This document shows positions 28,125-37,426 of a DNA stretch of 64,000 nt, in pieces (the first letter of the stretch is position 1; every line of letters begins with the position of its first letter). The notes below the pieces were generated by a model. That model was not told the origin of the DNA. It was given only the letters and a program-made list of their open reading frames with translations, and ran no database searches. The DNA is from a virus: positions 1-64,000 of the IMG/VR virus record IMGVR_UViG_3300005537_000023. One strand, given 5' to 3'. Made by a program: the position numbers and the translations under genes.

Positions 28125-28227
28125 AAAGCGTAAGGAAGAAGAGCCTACCGGACGCTACCGGACCGCACCTAAGCTTGCCATAGACGACGAGAAGACATTT
28201 AGACAGGCGCACCACGCGAGCGATTCA

Positions 28228-28941
28228 ATGCCCGATGCCTTCTGGAAAGCACTTGGTTGGTTAGGGGCCGGCGGCCTCGCGATCTACTTCTGGAGACGTC
28301 TCATGCCCCAAGGCCCCGCCGCCCCCACGTGCTCGCGCCAGTATCCCGCCTTCAACCACGGCGGCGCACGCGACATGGCCAATGTCAGCCTGATCGTGCT
28401 GCACTCCACCGAAGGGCCGTCCGCGCTATCCACTGCGCGCTGGTTCGCCACGCCCCTCCCCGTGTCCGAGGGCGGCCCGTACTCCGCGCACGTCGTGGTT
28501 GGCGATGATGGCTGCTATCGGTGCGTGGACGATGGAGACGTGGCGTGGGCGGCGAGTATCGTGAATCCGTTTTCCCTCAACCTCGAACAGGCCGGGTACG
28601 CCGCCTGGACGCGGGACGAGTGGCTTTCCCACGACGCCACCCTTCGCGCCGCCGGTGGCCAGGTGGGCGGATGGTCCAGGGAATTCGACATCCCCTTGCG
28701 CTTCCTTCGCGCCGCCGATCTCCTCGCCCTTCAAGCATCCGGCTGGGATAAGGCGCACGGGGGCGTCACGACGCACCACGAAATCAGCCGCGCGTGGCCC
28801 GCGTCCAGCACCCACGTGGATCCCGGCGATGGCTACCCGCTAGACGTACTTTTTTCGTACGCCGGTGGTACAATCACCCCCGGAGCCCCCATCGCTCGCA
28901 TCTCCGGTTTTCTCCACCTGAACAGAAAGGACAACCAATGA
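28228..28941 (+). CDS. N-acetylmuramoyl-L-alanine amidase (Amidase_2) with N-terminal TM
   Basis: IVLHSTEG, SAHVVV, AWAA, SLNLE, TTHHEI, HVDPG. Confidence 0.9.
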   Translation: MPDAFWKALGWLGAGGLAIYFWRRLMPQGPAAPTCSRQYPAFNHGGARDMANVSLIVLHSTEGPSALSTARWFATPLPVSEGGPYSAHVVVGDDGCYRCVDDGDVAWAASIVNPFSLNLEQAGYAAWTRDEWLSHDATLRAAGGQVGGWSREFDIPLRFLRAADLLALQASGWDKAHGGVTTHHEISRAWPASSTHVDPGDGYPLDVLFSYAGGTITPGAPIARISGFLHLNRKDNQ

Positions 28942-29108
28942 CGTACTACGTGATTCTGGATGGTAGTCGGCAGGCGTCGACACATCGTTCGCTCGCAGTC
29001 GCGAAAAAAGAAGCGGAAAAATGGGTCCGCAAAGGGCACAACGCGAGTGTCTATCGCACGGAGCGACCTGGTACGCCTTCGCACTGGATTTGGGATGCGA
29101 AGGGGTGA
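28938..29108 (+). CDS. small hypothetical protein
   Basis: SD AAGGA; ATGA coupling. Confidence 0.5.
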   Translation: MTYYVILDGSRQASTHRSLAVAKKEAEKWVRKGHNASVYRTERPGTPSHWIWDAKG

Positions 29109-29133
29109 AAACCGGAGATGCGAGCCCCATCGC

Positions 29134-29562
29134 ATGAACGCCCCGAAGGAACCCCCGGTGATCGATGCCGTCTTCGTGGACTTGCCCGCCGATCCGCCCA
29201 AGCCCCCGCCGGCGGATCAGCGCCCGCCCGAGGGCTATGGCCGCCGCACGGTTGCCGGCCGTGGCCGCCGCGTGGTTGAGGTGATCGCCGGCACCTTGGA
29301 AGACGCCGCCCCCGTTGCCCGCTTGCTTGGCGCCGACGACGCGGCCGAGGTTGCGGAGAAGGGTGCGGCCGTCGCGCGCGAGGCCCCGCGCTTCGTCGAG
29401 GCCGTCGTCCGCGAAAGCGCTCCCCTTCGCAGCCGCGTTGGCGAATTGCTGGACGTGGCAAAGAAACGGGGCTGGTATCAGGTGCGGGAGCCGAAGCCGG
29501 CCGCGAAGGCGCCGCGTAGGCCGGTGGGGCCGCAGCGGAAGGCGAAGGAGAAGACGCCGTGA
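29134..29562 (+). CDS. hypothetical protein
   Basis: ORF in operon. Confidence 0.55.
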   Translation: MNAPKEPPVIDAVFVDLPADPPKPPPADQRPPEGYGRRTVAGRGRRVVEVIAGTLEDAAPVARLLGADDAAEVAEKGAAVAREAPRFVEAVVRESAPLRSRVGELLDVAKKRGWYQVREPKPAAKAPRRPVGPQRKAKEKTP

Positions 29563-29692
29563 GTGCCTACAACATGTGGCGTCAGCTTCTGCTAACTGGC
29601 GATTACGAGTCCCGATGCTTCGCCGCGGCCGTCCTTTCGGCGATGGAGCCGGTGCACTTCCGCCGCGTCCGCGTCACCTACGAGGACGCCAC

Positions 29693-29983
29693 ATGAGCAA
29701 GCGCTACGTCTGCGGCGCGTGCGGCGAGGTGGCCAACTTCGCCGGCGGCAACCATGATCCGACGGACGACGGCGCCTTTCAGAAGGTGATCGACGGGACG
29801 GGCTGGCGTGACGTCCTCGCGCAGGCACCAGGCGTACATATTCACGGCCAGTTCTGCTCCGTCGAATGCGCTGTGGCGTTCGCCAACGTGATGGAGAGGC
29901 TTGGCGATCTGCCAGCATTCAGGCGCCGCCGCGAAGCATCCACTGTCGTCTCATTCACCCCGAGGCACCCGGTGCTGACATGA
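29693..29983 (+). CDS. Zn-finger protein
   Basis: CGAC...FCSVEC; SD GAGGA. Confidence 0.6.
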   Translation: MSKRYVCGACGEVANFAGGNHDPTDDGAFQKVIDGTGWRDVLAQAPGVHIHGQFCSVECAVAFANVMERLGDLPAFRRRREASTVVSFTPRHPVLT

Positions 29984-30330
29984 ATCTCCTCTCTCACCGT
30001 GATCCCTTCTACGTCCACACCGCGGCGCACGCGCACGTGGCCGTTGGCTTCGATCTGCTGTCCGCCAACGCTAGCCGTGACGGCGCCTTCAAGGAATTGC
30101 TGCTTCTCGAAAAGCATCTCGCGCAGGAAGGCTGCCCCGAGTGCTGCAACAAGCACCTCAGCACGGCGATCGCCTACCTCGAAGAGGCGCGCACGCTGGC
30201 CGGCGGGGACGATGAGGACACGGAGACGGCGCGGGAGTTGGAAGCCATGCGCGATCGCCTGCCCACGTCCGGCGGCGAGATTCGACAGATCAGGAAGCGC
30301 CTCGCGGTGCGATTGGGGTATGCGGGATGA
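29980..30330 (+). CDS. leader-bearing helical protein
   Basis: MNLLSHR...VAVG|F; LLEKH...CPECCNKH. Confidence 0.65.
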   Translation: MNLLSHRDPFYVHTAAHAHVAVGFDLLSANASRDGAFKELLLLEKHLAQEGCPECCNKHLSTAIAYLEEARTLAGGDDEDTETARELEAMRDRLPTSGGEIRQIRKRLAVRLGYAG

Positions 30331-30644
30331 TCCTCGCCCTCGCCTCCATCCTCTACCTCGCCATCGCCGCCGTGATGGCGTGGGGCCTCTCCGTCTTCCT
30401 TGGCAGCCCCGAGGCGCACGATCTCCGCGTGGCGGCGCGCGCGATGGGCACGTCCGCCTTCCTGCGCATCGCCGTCTACTTCGCCTTCTGCTGTCTCTGC
30501 TGGCCCGCAACGATCGTGTGGTTGGCAATGCAGAAGCAGGTGCGGGACACGATCGTCAATGCGTACCGTAAGGCGCGCGCGGCCAACAAGGCTGAGGCGA
30601 AGGTCACGGGCCGCATTGACGCGGAGTTTGAGGAGGGGCCGTGA
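30327..30644 (+). CDS. membrane protein
   Basis: two hydrophobic segments. Confidence 0.65.
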   Translation: MILALASILYLAIAAVMAWGLSVFLGSPEAHDLRVAARAMGTSAFLRIAVYFAFCCLCWPATIVWLAMQKQVRDTIVNAYRKARAANKAEAKVTGRIDAEFEEGP

Positions 30645-30949
30645 CGGAGTCGGCTTGCCCCTGCGAAACGTCTCATCCGCCCGATCCGCGCTGGGTGGGA
30701 TGGATCGCGTGGGTGCTCGTCATCGGCTTTTTCACGTTGCTGACGGTGTCATCGGCTTGGCCGCACTCCCGATTCTTCCGCCCGGCCTACCTCACCTATT
30801 TCGTTGCCTTCGCGTACGGACTGCCGATCGTCAATCGCGGGCGCGGCTGCGATTACCTATCCATCCGCGCGCGCCTCGTCTTCTCGGTCTTCTTCGGCAC
30901 GCTCATCGTGGGCATCTGCGCCTACGCCATCCTCACGGAGGCCAAGTGA
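30641..30949 (+). CDS. membrane protein (3 TM, holin-like topology)
   Basis: three hydrophobic segments in 102 aa. Confidence 0.6.
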   Translation: MTESACPCETSHPPDPRWVGWIAWVLVIGFFTLLTVSSAWPHSRFFRPAYLTYFVAFAYGLPIVNRGRGCDYLSIRARLVFSVFFGTLIVGICAYAILTEAK

Positions 30950-31479
30950 TCTTCAACCCCATCACCAACGTCATCGCCGAGGGCGTCGTCTTCGTTGGCC
31001 GCCTCGGCGCGCGCAAAGGGATGTACGTCCGCGCCATCGATCGAGCGAACGAGACAGGCCGGCCGCTCGTCGTCGTCGGCGCACCGTCGGCGGGTTGGGT
31101 GACGGGGACGCTGGCGCAGTACGCGTGCGGCCATCTTCCGTGCGTGGACTTGCGTGGGTGCGAGGCGTGCGGCGCTGCCCCCGCGGACGTGACGAAGGTG
31201 GGGGCGATCCAGGCAAAGGACAACTCCGCGGTGGTGATGGTGGCGTACGTCCTTGAATACGTGGAGGATCCGAAGGCGGCCGAGGCTGAGATCATGCGCG
31301 CGGCCGGGCACCCGTCCAACGTCTTCGTGGCGTGCGCGGGGATGTCGGGGGTGACGCAGCTTGCAACGAATGCACGCCGCGTCGTCGTGTCCGCACCCCC
31401 CAACTCGCCCGATTTCAGGTATCGTGACGTCATGCGCCCGAGGCGGACGGTGAAGGTGATGCGGAGGCCGATATGGTGA
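30946..31479 (+). CDS. degenerate class I SAM-methyltransferase-like protein
   Basis: DNSAVVMVAYVLEYVEDPKAAEAEIMR resembles Methyltransf_11 motifs IV-V. Confidence 0.5.
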   Translation: MIFNPITNVIAEGVVFVGRLGARKGMYVRAIDRANETGRPLVVVGAPSAGWVTGTLAQYACGHLPCVDLRGCEACGAAPADVTKVGAIQAKDNSAVVMVAYVLEYVEDPKAAEAEIMRAAGHPSNVFVACAGMSGVTQLATNARRVVVSAPPNSPDFRYRDVMRPRRTVKVMRRPIW

Positions 31480-31742
31480 CGCTGATTTCTACTCGCCCAC
31501 GTCTCTGCGTCCAATCGCCAACGTCGGCGGTGCGCGTGGGCGCAGTTCGTGTTGGTGCCGATGCCAGCAGCCTCATTGGGGCGCCGATCGAGGCGATCGG
31601 CGGGCATAATCACCCCATCGCGGTTGCGCTGGCCACCGCTGGCGGAGTTGTCATCGGCATGATGAAGTGGGGCGTGATCGGCGGACTGGCTACCGGGGCA
31701 GCCGTAAACATCGCCGGACGCGTCGTTGCCCCAAGGGAATGA
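31473..31742 (+). CDS. leader-bearing small membrane protein
   Basis: LISTRPRL...VRVG|AVRVG|A; paralog of 32884-33153. Confidence 0.7.
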   Translation: MVTLISTRPRLCVQSPTSAVRVGAVRVGADASSLIGAPIEAIGGHNHPIAVALATAGGVVIGMMKWGVIGGLATGAAVNIAGRVVAPRE

Positions 31743-31745
31743 GCC

Positions 31746-32519
31746 ATGATCCTCCTCTCCACCCGCGCCCCCGCCCCCGTCCGCCTTGCACGAGACGCGA
31801 AGCCGCGCGTGGCCGTGGGCGACATCGTCACTACCAACGCGGATGCCCAGCAAGCGGCCGACGCCCTCAACGCCGCCATCAACGCGCTGGACATCGACGC
31901 GCACGGCACGCTGACGACGGACCCGGCCGAGGACTGGAGTCTCGGGTGCGCGATGGGCTTCGATGACGCCTATCGGCGCGGATGCCGCGGGGACACGGGC
32001 GGCGCGAGTCCCGCAGGATCGCCCGCGTACGTGGCCGCCTACTCCTTTTCCTTCGGCAAGGGCTACGGCTACGACCTGGGGAAGGCCAACCTCACGACGG
32101 ACCCCACGAAGTCCTGCCCGGACCCGGACCCCACGTATGTGAAACTGGATGCCACCACGTGCAGCGCGCAGTACGACGCATGGATCGCCGCACACCCGCA
32201 GGCGAAGCCAACACCCGCCGAGGCCTCTTTCTGGGCGGACTGGAATGATTTCGTTGGCCGGTGGCGATCTGCGTACGGCAAGGCGTACAGCCTCGGCCTC
32301 TTCGATTCGGCCGGCACCGCGCTGAAAGACATCGCCAACTACTGCGCCACCTATCAACAATTCGTCCAGCAGTACAAGGCGCTGGGCGGCAAGGTTTCGC
32401 ATCCGTATGCGTGTCCAGCCGCACCCACGGACTGGACGGACTGGATTCCGTGGATGATTGCCGTGGCCGGCATCGGCGCCGTCGCGTGGTTGATGTCCAG
32501 CGTGAGGGCGATCGTATGA
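31746..32519 (+). CDS. leader-bearing protein with C-terminal TM
   Basis: LLSTRAP...PRVAVG|D; GxxxG(Y) repeats. Confidence 0.7.
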   Translation: MILLSTRAPAPVRLARDAKPRVAVGDIVTTNADAQQAADALNAAINALDIDAHGTLTTDPAEDWSLGCAMGFDDAYRRGCRGDTGGASPAGSPAYVAAYSFSFGKGYGYDLGKANLTTDPTKSCPDPDPTYVKLDATTCSAQYDAWIAAHPQAKPTPAEASFWADWNDFVGRWRSAYGKAYSLGLFDSAGTALKDIANYCATYQQFVQQYKALGGKVSHPYACPAAPTDWTDWIPWMIAVAGIGAVAWLMSSVRAIV

Positions 32520-32665
32520 CGGCGGCCCCCAACGGCTTCGGCGGTGGATTCGGCCCGCCCGCGCCTTTCCAGCGTCCTGCCGCCGAGCTATTTTGGGGCC
32601 TCGTCATTGCCGGCGTCGTCGCGGCTGGCATGCTTCTCGGGAATCTGCGCCGGATAGCTGCGTAA
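32516..32665 (+). CDS. small membrane protein
   Basis: ATGA coupling; one TM. Confidence 0.5.
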   Translation: MTAAPNGFGGGFGPPAPFQRPAAELFWGLVIAGVVAAGMLLGNLRRIAA

Positions 32666-32671
32666 AAGTGC

Positions 32672-32701
32672 TTGACGTTGGATATCGCGCCTGATATCCA
32701 A
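32672..32701 (+). promoter_or_regulatory. internal promoter/operator, TTGGATATC-N6-GATATCCAA
   Basis: TTGACG at 32672 followed by a perfect 9-bp inverted repeat at 32678-32701. Confidence 0.55.
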
Positions 32702-32707
32702 TGGCGC

Positions 32708-32887
32708 ATGTGGGATGGTTACTTCGACGCTCTCGACTCGCCATCGATGCCGGGGTCGCTCGTCGAGGCGCAAGCCGAGTACGTGACGGCGAAGGAATGG
32801 GATGGATCGGCGCTTTGGATCGGTTTCCTCGGCGCCGCTGCGCTGACCGCGGTCGGCTTGACGTTGAAGACGAAGGGGCGACGATGA
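32708..32887 (+). CDS. small membrane protein
   Basis: C-terminal TM. Confidence 0.55.
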   Translation: MWDGYFDALDSPSMPGSLVEAQAEYVTAKEWDGSALWIGFLGAAALTAVGLTLKTKGRR

Positions 32888-33153
32888 TTACGCGTCGTCC
32901 GCGATTGGCCGTGGCAACGGCCCTAGCAGGTTCGGCGACCAGCGTCGGCGCACTGGACACCGGCGGTGCGGCGCTTGGTGCCGCGCAGGTCGTCGAGGTC
33001 GTCGGCGGGCATTCGCATCCGGTTGTGGTGACAGGGGCGACGATCCTTGGCGCCGCGTTCGGCTTCCTCAAATTCGGCCCGCTTGGCGGTGTCGCCATCG
33101 CGGCCGGGACAAACATCGCCGGTCGGCTTATCGCCGCTCAGGTGCGAGACTGA
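32884..33153 (+). CDS. leader-bearing small membrane protein
   Basis: MITRRPRL...TSVG|A; shares GGH.HP and NIAGR with 31473-31742. Confidence 0.7.
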   Translation: MITRRPRLAVATALAGSATSVGALDTGGAALGAAQVVEVVGGHSHPVVVTGATILGAAFGFLKFGPLGGVAIAAGTNIAGRLIAAQVRD

Positions 33154-33314
33154 GCCGCGGCGCGCGGGTTACTCGGGGAGCTTGCCGCCAGCGGGTACGC
33201 CAACCTTGGAGGCATCCAACATGCTGCCGATGCCGTTTACGGCTGGACTTGCATCGCGCGCCCCTAGCGCACCCACGTGAGACGGGCCGAGGAAGTTCCA
33301 CTCCAGGCGCTTGC

Positions 33315-33707
33315 TCATGTGGCGTCCTCGCCGGGCGTCCCGAGCGTTGCCCGGCGCTCCGCAAGCAGACGACGAGCAAGGGCGGAGACCCAGACGAGAC
33401 TTGGGCGATCAAGCATCGCCAATCCAACCAAGGTCTTCGCAACGCCATCGATCCCCGTTCCGCCAAGGGCGGCAAGAATGGTGGCGAGTTCAACTTCCTG
33501 CTCGCTACGGCGGTCGGCCGACAGAAGTTCGATAGCCAATCTTTGCGCTCGCAAGAGAAGCCGCGGGCCATAGCCGGGATCCATCACTATCCGCCGCCGC
33601 AGCGGTGCTGCAGCTCTCCTTGCTTCGCGCTCGTACCCGTCGACTGTGCTGCTCGTCAGCAGACCAAAGGCGGCGTTTGCGAGCGCCGAGTCGTCGAGTT
33701 CAGGCAT
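33315..33707 (-). CDS. hypothetical helical protein (antisense moron)
   Basis: coupled to 33700-34158. Confidence 0.55.
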   Translation of the reverse strand: MPELDDSALANAAFGLLTSSTVDGYEREARRAAAPLRRRIVMDPGYGPRLLLRAQRLAIELLSADRRSEQEVELATILAALGGTGIDGVAKTLVGLAMLDRPSLVWVSALARRLLAERRATLGTPGEDAT

Positions 33708-34158
33708 TGGGATCAAGCCTCCAATACTCCACCACGCCAAAGTGTTCCGGAACGTTATTTGCCGGATGTTCGTACTCGCCCAGCATGCCCCACTTGCTCC
33801 ACACAAATACGGTCGGAATCAGGTTAGAGTCGCGCGAGGAAACGCTGGAGACAAGGCCCGTGTGCTCAACCTGACGCGGACCCGTTCTGTAGACGGCGAC
33901 GTCTCCGATTTTGGGCGACCCCTGCACGGGAGCATAGCCATCCCTGCGCAGAATGTCGTCAACATCAACCGTTGGTACGCCGCACGGCGGAATGTTGCTA
34001 CGCCTGCTCGCAAACACGAGGCCGTGGCAGCGCATGGGTGGTTGAGGTGCAACGTCAGTCGGGGACGGCCAACCCCACATTCGTTGCGCGTAGAATTCTC
34101 GGCGCGGCAAGGCTGAGGCCAGGCGTACGCGCGGCATCGGTAAGGCTGGCCTGGGCAT
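33700..34158 (-). CDS. papain/NlpC-P60-like Cys-His enzyme (antisense moron)
   Basis: CHGLVFASRR...GDVAVY...EHTGLV...WSKWG. Confidence 0.6.
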   Translation of the reverse strand: MPRPALPMPRVRLASALPRREFYAQRMWGWPSPTDVAPQPPMRCHGLVFASRRSNIPPCGVPTVDVDDILRRDGYAPVQGSPKIGDVAVYRTGPRQVEHTGLVSSVSSRDSNLIPTVFVWSKWGMLGEYEHPANNVPEHFGVVEYWRLDPNA

Positions 34159-34230
34159 GGCAGGGACTAGAGAGGCGACGCGCCTACCCGCGTCGCCGTT
34201 TGCTTGTCAAGCGCGCTCGCTTGGGGCACT

Positions 34231-35388
34231 ATGTGGGGCGTGAACGACCCTGCCCGCCCCGGCAGTCCGCCGGCCCCGTTCGGCTTTCAACGTCCTGCCA
34301 TGGACAGGCCGGCGCCGCCGCCGCCGGATCTCCTCGCGTCGGCGCGCACGTGGAAGCGTGGCCGTATCTTCAACAGGGACGGCACGGGCAAGCTGTTGCC
34401 ATGGGTGGCGGTCGAGGTTCGAGATTGCGACAACGGCCTCACGATCCACCAAGTGGATGACCTCGGCGACCAAACGGACGCCGAAACGCTGGCCGGCGAA
34501 ATTTGGGGCCGAATCAACCAGTCCGTCAGGTCAAGGAACGACGGGATCAGCCATCATTACCTCGTCGAGTGCGTCTTTGCTGATCTAGAAGGTCGCGTCA
34601 CCAAACTATCGTGGGAAGGCAGTTTGATGCTTCCTGTCGAAAGTCAGGTTTGGGGATCTGGGCCAATGAGCCGACTCGGCCACGCCAGTTTCTTGGCAAA
34701 GCGCGATTTTCAGGAAGCGTCTCGCGAGCGCGATCGCATCGAGTTGATGGGCGTGGGCCTCGCCATGATGCAGTCGGCGCAAGGGGCCATGCTCACGATG
34801 CACCAGGAATCGCGCGCGGAGTTGGACTCGCTTCGCGGCGAGCGCGTGCAATTCCTCAACATGTGGAAGAGCATGATGGAGGACAAGCGCAAGCAGGATC
34901 GAGAGGACGCGTGGGACGAGAGGAAATTCGCGCTCCTCAACCAACTCGTGGGCCGCCTTGGACACCTCGCGGCGCCGCTCGGCATGTCCGTCACCAAGTG
35001 GCTTGGCCACAAGCTGGGCATGATTCAGCCGCGGACGCCGCGCGAGGAGAAGTCGTTCGCCACCCTCCGCCGCCTCGTGGAATGCGCGCAGGGCAAGATC
35101 AAAGAGAAGGCCGTTGCCGCTGGCCAGGCGATGGGCCTGTCGCTCGCGCAAGCCGTCGAGCAGTCCAAGATGATCGCGGACGATCCAGCCGCGTTGATGA
35201 ATGCGCTCGCGGACATGGGCGTGGCGGAGGACGATCCAGTCATTGACGATCTCATGGATCTCCTCATGGAGATGCGCATGGAGATGTCGAGCGAGAAGAG
35301 CGCGCGCCTCGCTGCACGCGAATCAATGTTGAATTCTGAGCCCACCGTCGAAACGCCGGCCCCCACGCCGGAGAAGGAGGATCCGTAA
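34231..35388 (+). CDS. hypothetical coiled-coil protein
   Basis: long ORF with Met/Glu/Arg-rich helices. Confidence 0.7.
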   Translation: MWGVNDPARPGSPPAPFGFQRPAMDRPAPPPPDLLASARTWKRGRIFNRDGTGKLLPWVAVEVRDCDNGLTIHQVDDLGDQTDAETLAGEIWGRINQSVRSRNDGISHHYLVECVFADLEGRVTKLSWEGSLMLPVESQVWGSGPMSRLGHASFLAKRDFQEASRERDRIELMGVGLAMMQSAQGAMLTMHQESRAELDSLRGERVQFLNMWKSMMEDKRKQDREDAWDERKFALLNQLVGRLGHLAAPLGMSVTKWLGHKLGMIQPRTPREEKSFATLRRLVECAQGKIKEKAVAAGQAMGLSLAQAVEQSKMIADDPAALMNALADMGVAEDDPVIDDLMDLLMEMRMEMSSEKSARLAARESMLNSEPTVETPAPTPEKEDP

Positions 35389-35682
35389 TGGCTGGCCGTC
35401 GAGTCACCGTCCGTCTGAGTCCCGAGCAGCGCGCCGAAGCGAAGTGGCTGCGCGAAAACGGTTACATGGTTTTCGTGGACAACTCGGGCAACATCCAAGC
35501 AGCACCGCGCGCGAAGGGCGGACGGAAGCGGGGGAAGCGGTAATGTGCCGCCACGTCGAATCGTCGCACGTGATGCCCGGCTGGATGTGCTGCGCGTGCC
35601 GCGGGTACAACGGCATGCAACGGCTCGCTTGCAAGGACTGCGGACGCACGCGCTGTCTGCCGCTGGGAAAGGCGGCGCCGTG

Positions 35683-35886
35683 ATGGTCCCGCGCCCCAAC
35701 TTCACCTGCCCCATCTGCGGCTCGCACTGCTTCGGCAGCAGCGACAACGGCGACGGCACGCGCACGTACAACTGCCAGGAAGGGCCGCGTGGGCCTTGCC
35801 TTTTCAGCGTGCATGAGAAGTCCGCGGCGCGGTACGGGATCGTCAGCCCTCCGCAGCAAGTCGTCCGCTCGGGAAGAGTCGCGTAG
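35683..35886 (+). CDS. Zn-ribbon protein
   Basis: FTCPICGSHCFG...YNC...C. Confidence 0.5.
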   Translation: MVPRPNFTCPICGSHCFGSSDNGDGTRTYNCQEGPRGPCLFSVHEKSAARYGIVSPPQQVVRSGRVA

Positions 35887-35895
35887 GGTTGCGCC

Positions 35896-36330
35896 GTGGC
35901 CCACAAGCACCGCTGCATCCATCGCAAGCCCGCACGTCCGAAGCTGGAGACGTGGGATTCGGCGCGCGCAGCGATTGAAGCCAACACGGCCGCGATGGGC
36001 GGCTGGCTCATGGCGCAGGCGTACTACGCCAAGTCGTTCACGCCCGAGGCGCGCGCCAAGCTCCTCAAGATCGCGCAGGACGGCGTTGACCAACTGCCGG
36101 ACGTGTTGAAGCCGCTGGCGCGCGGCTTCCGCGATGGCCTGCTGGCTCAGCAGATGTACGCAATGGGCGAGAAGTTTGCAGCGCAGTCCAAGGCAAAGGG
36201 AAACGCCGGCGTACCGGCAAACGCGCCGCCTGCGTCCGGCCCCACACGGACGACGTACGCCGATGCAGCGCCGCACACTCAGGAAGACGATGGGCCGATG
36301 TTCGCGCCCATCGGAGGCAAGGACGAATGA
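35896..36330 (+). CDS. hypothetical protein
   Basis: ORF in operon. Confidence 0.6.
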   Translation: MAHKHRCIHRKPARPKLETWDSARAAIEANTAAMGGWLMAQAYYAKSFTPEARAKLLKIAQDGVDQLPDVLKPLARGFRDGLLAQQMYAMGEKFAAQSKAKGNAGVPANAPPASGPTRTTYADAAPHTQEDDGPMFAPIGGKDE

Positions 36331-37286
36331 GCCTCATCTCCACCGACGTCGCTTCCTCCACCCTCGGCGATGCCTCCACCACGGCAGACGTGGACGCAGC
36401 CGTCATGGAGATGACGAAGAACGGCGGCGTGCCGGACTACATCGCGAAGAACTTCTGGCGCTGGGTGGAGATCACCGGCGGCGGCCACACCCTTCGCTTC
36501 CTCGCCGCACCCACGTGCTACGCGATCGGAGATGAGGACGCTCCCTTCTTCTGCGCGCGCGGCACCCCCTACGGCGCGCAGGCGATCGCGGACTACTGGG
36601 ATTGCATCCTCCCGAGCCGCGTCCTCTTGCGCCACATCCAGGCGTCCAGCGATCCGTCGATCCGCTACATCGACGTCAAGGGCGCGCCGTACAACATCCC
36701 GCTTGCGAAGATCGAGACGCCAGCGGCAACGCAGGCGGCGAGCGATGCGGCCAACGCGAAGTTTGCGAGCCTCGGCGCCAACCCCGGCGATGGCCTGTCC
36801 GTCGGCTTCAAGAAATCGATCGTGGTTGGGCCGAATCTCGACGGCTCGCACGTGGCCATCTACGGCGGCATCGGCGGCGGCTACGATCCGCCGTGGAATG
36901 TTGTGCAGCCGTACAGCACGATCCACGGCAGTGCGTACGGCGACTACTCGCACGGCATCACGCTCGTCTCGCGCAAGTGCCAGTTGGATGGCAGCGACGC
37001 GGACCTACGCTTCGACGTCTTCGGCTCCACCGATCCGACCATCTACGGCCTCGTGACGGATCAGAGCCGCTTCGATCCCATCTTCCCCAACGCCGGCCCG
37101 GACTCGCGCGCTGAATTCAGCGGCGGAAGCGCCGCACCCTCGGGGCCGCGATCGCCTGGTGGCGGCTTCAAGCCGACGGGGCCGACGACGCATCCAGCCG
37201 CGCAGGCGAGCGGTGGACTTTCCATGCCGGCGAAGATCGGCATCGCTGCGGTGATTGGCGCCGCGGCGTGGTATGCGATTGGGTGA
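36327..37286 (+). CDS. enzyme-like protein with C-terminal TM anchor
   Basis: KKSIVV...HVAIYG...QPYSTIH...YGDYSHG conserved-looking motifs; function unknown. Confidence 0.65.
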   Translation: MSLISTDVASSTLGDASTTADVDAAVMEMTKNGGVPDYIAKNFWRWVEITGGGHTLRFLAAPTCYAIGDEDAPFFCARGTPYGAQAIADYWDCILPSRVLLRHIQASSDPSIRYIDVKGAPYNIPLAKIETPAATQAASDAANAKFASLGANPGDGLSVGFKKSIVVGPNLDGSHVAIYGGIGGGYDPPWNVVQPYSTIHGSAYGDYSHGITLVSRKCQLDGSDADLRFDVFGSTDPTIYGLVTDQSRFDPIFPNAGPDSRAEFSGGSAAPSGPRSPGGGFKPTGPTTHPAAQASGGLSMPAKIGIAAVIGAAAWYAIG

Positions 37287-37426
37287 GGCGCATGCATTTC
37301 ATTCGACTCGGCAAATTCGTTGGAGTTGGCGCGGTGATCGGCGACTGCGATTGCGGCCATTCGGTGCTCTACCACCTACCGCTCGCCGGTTGCCTGAAGT
37401 GCGACTGCGACGAATTCCATTGACCC

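Noticed and set aside
22104-33153. Leader motif as a Tat or Sec signal or a bacteriocin double-Gly leader
   Set aside because: No SRRxFLK consensus or hydrophobic h-region, and no C39 peptidase ABC exporter in the window.
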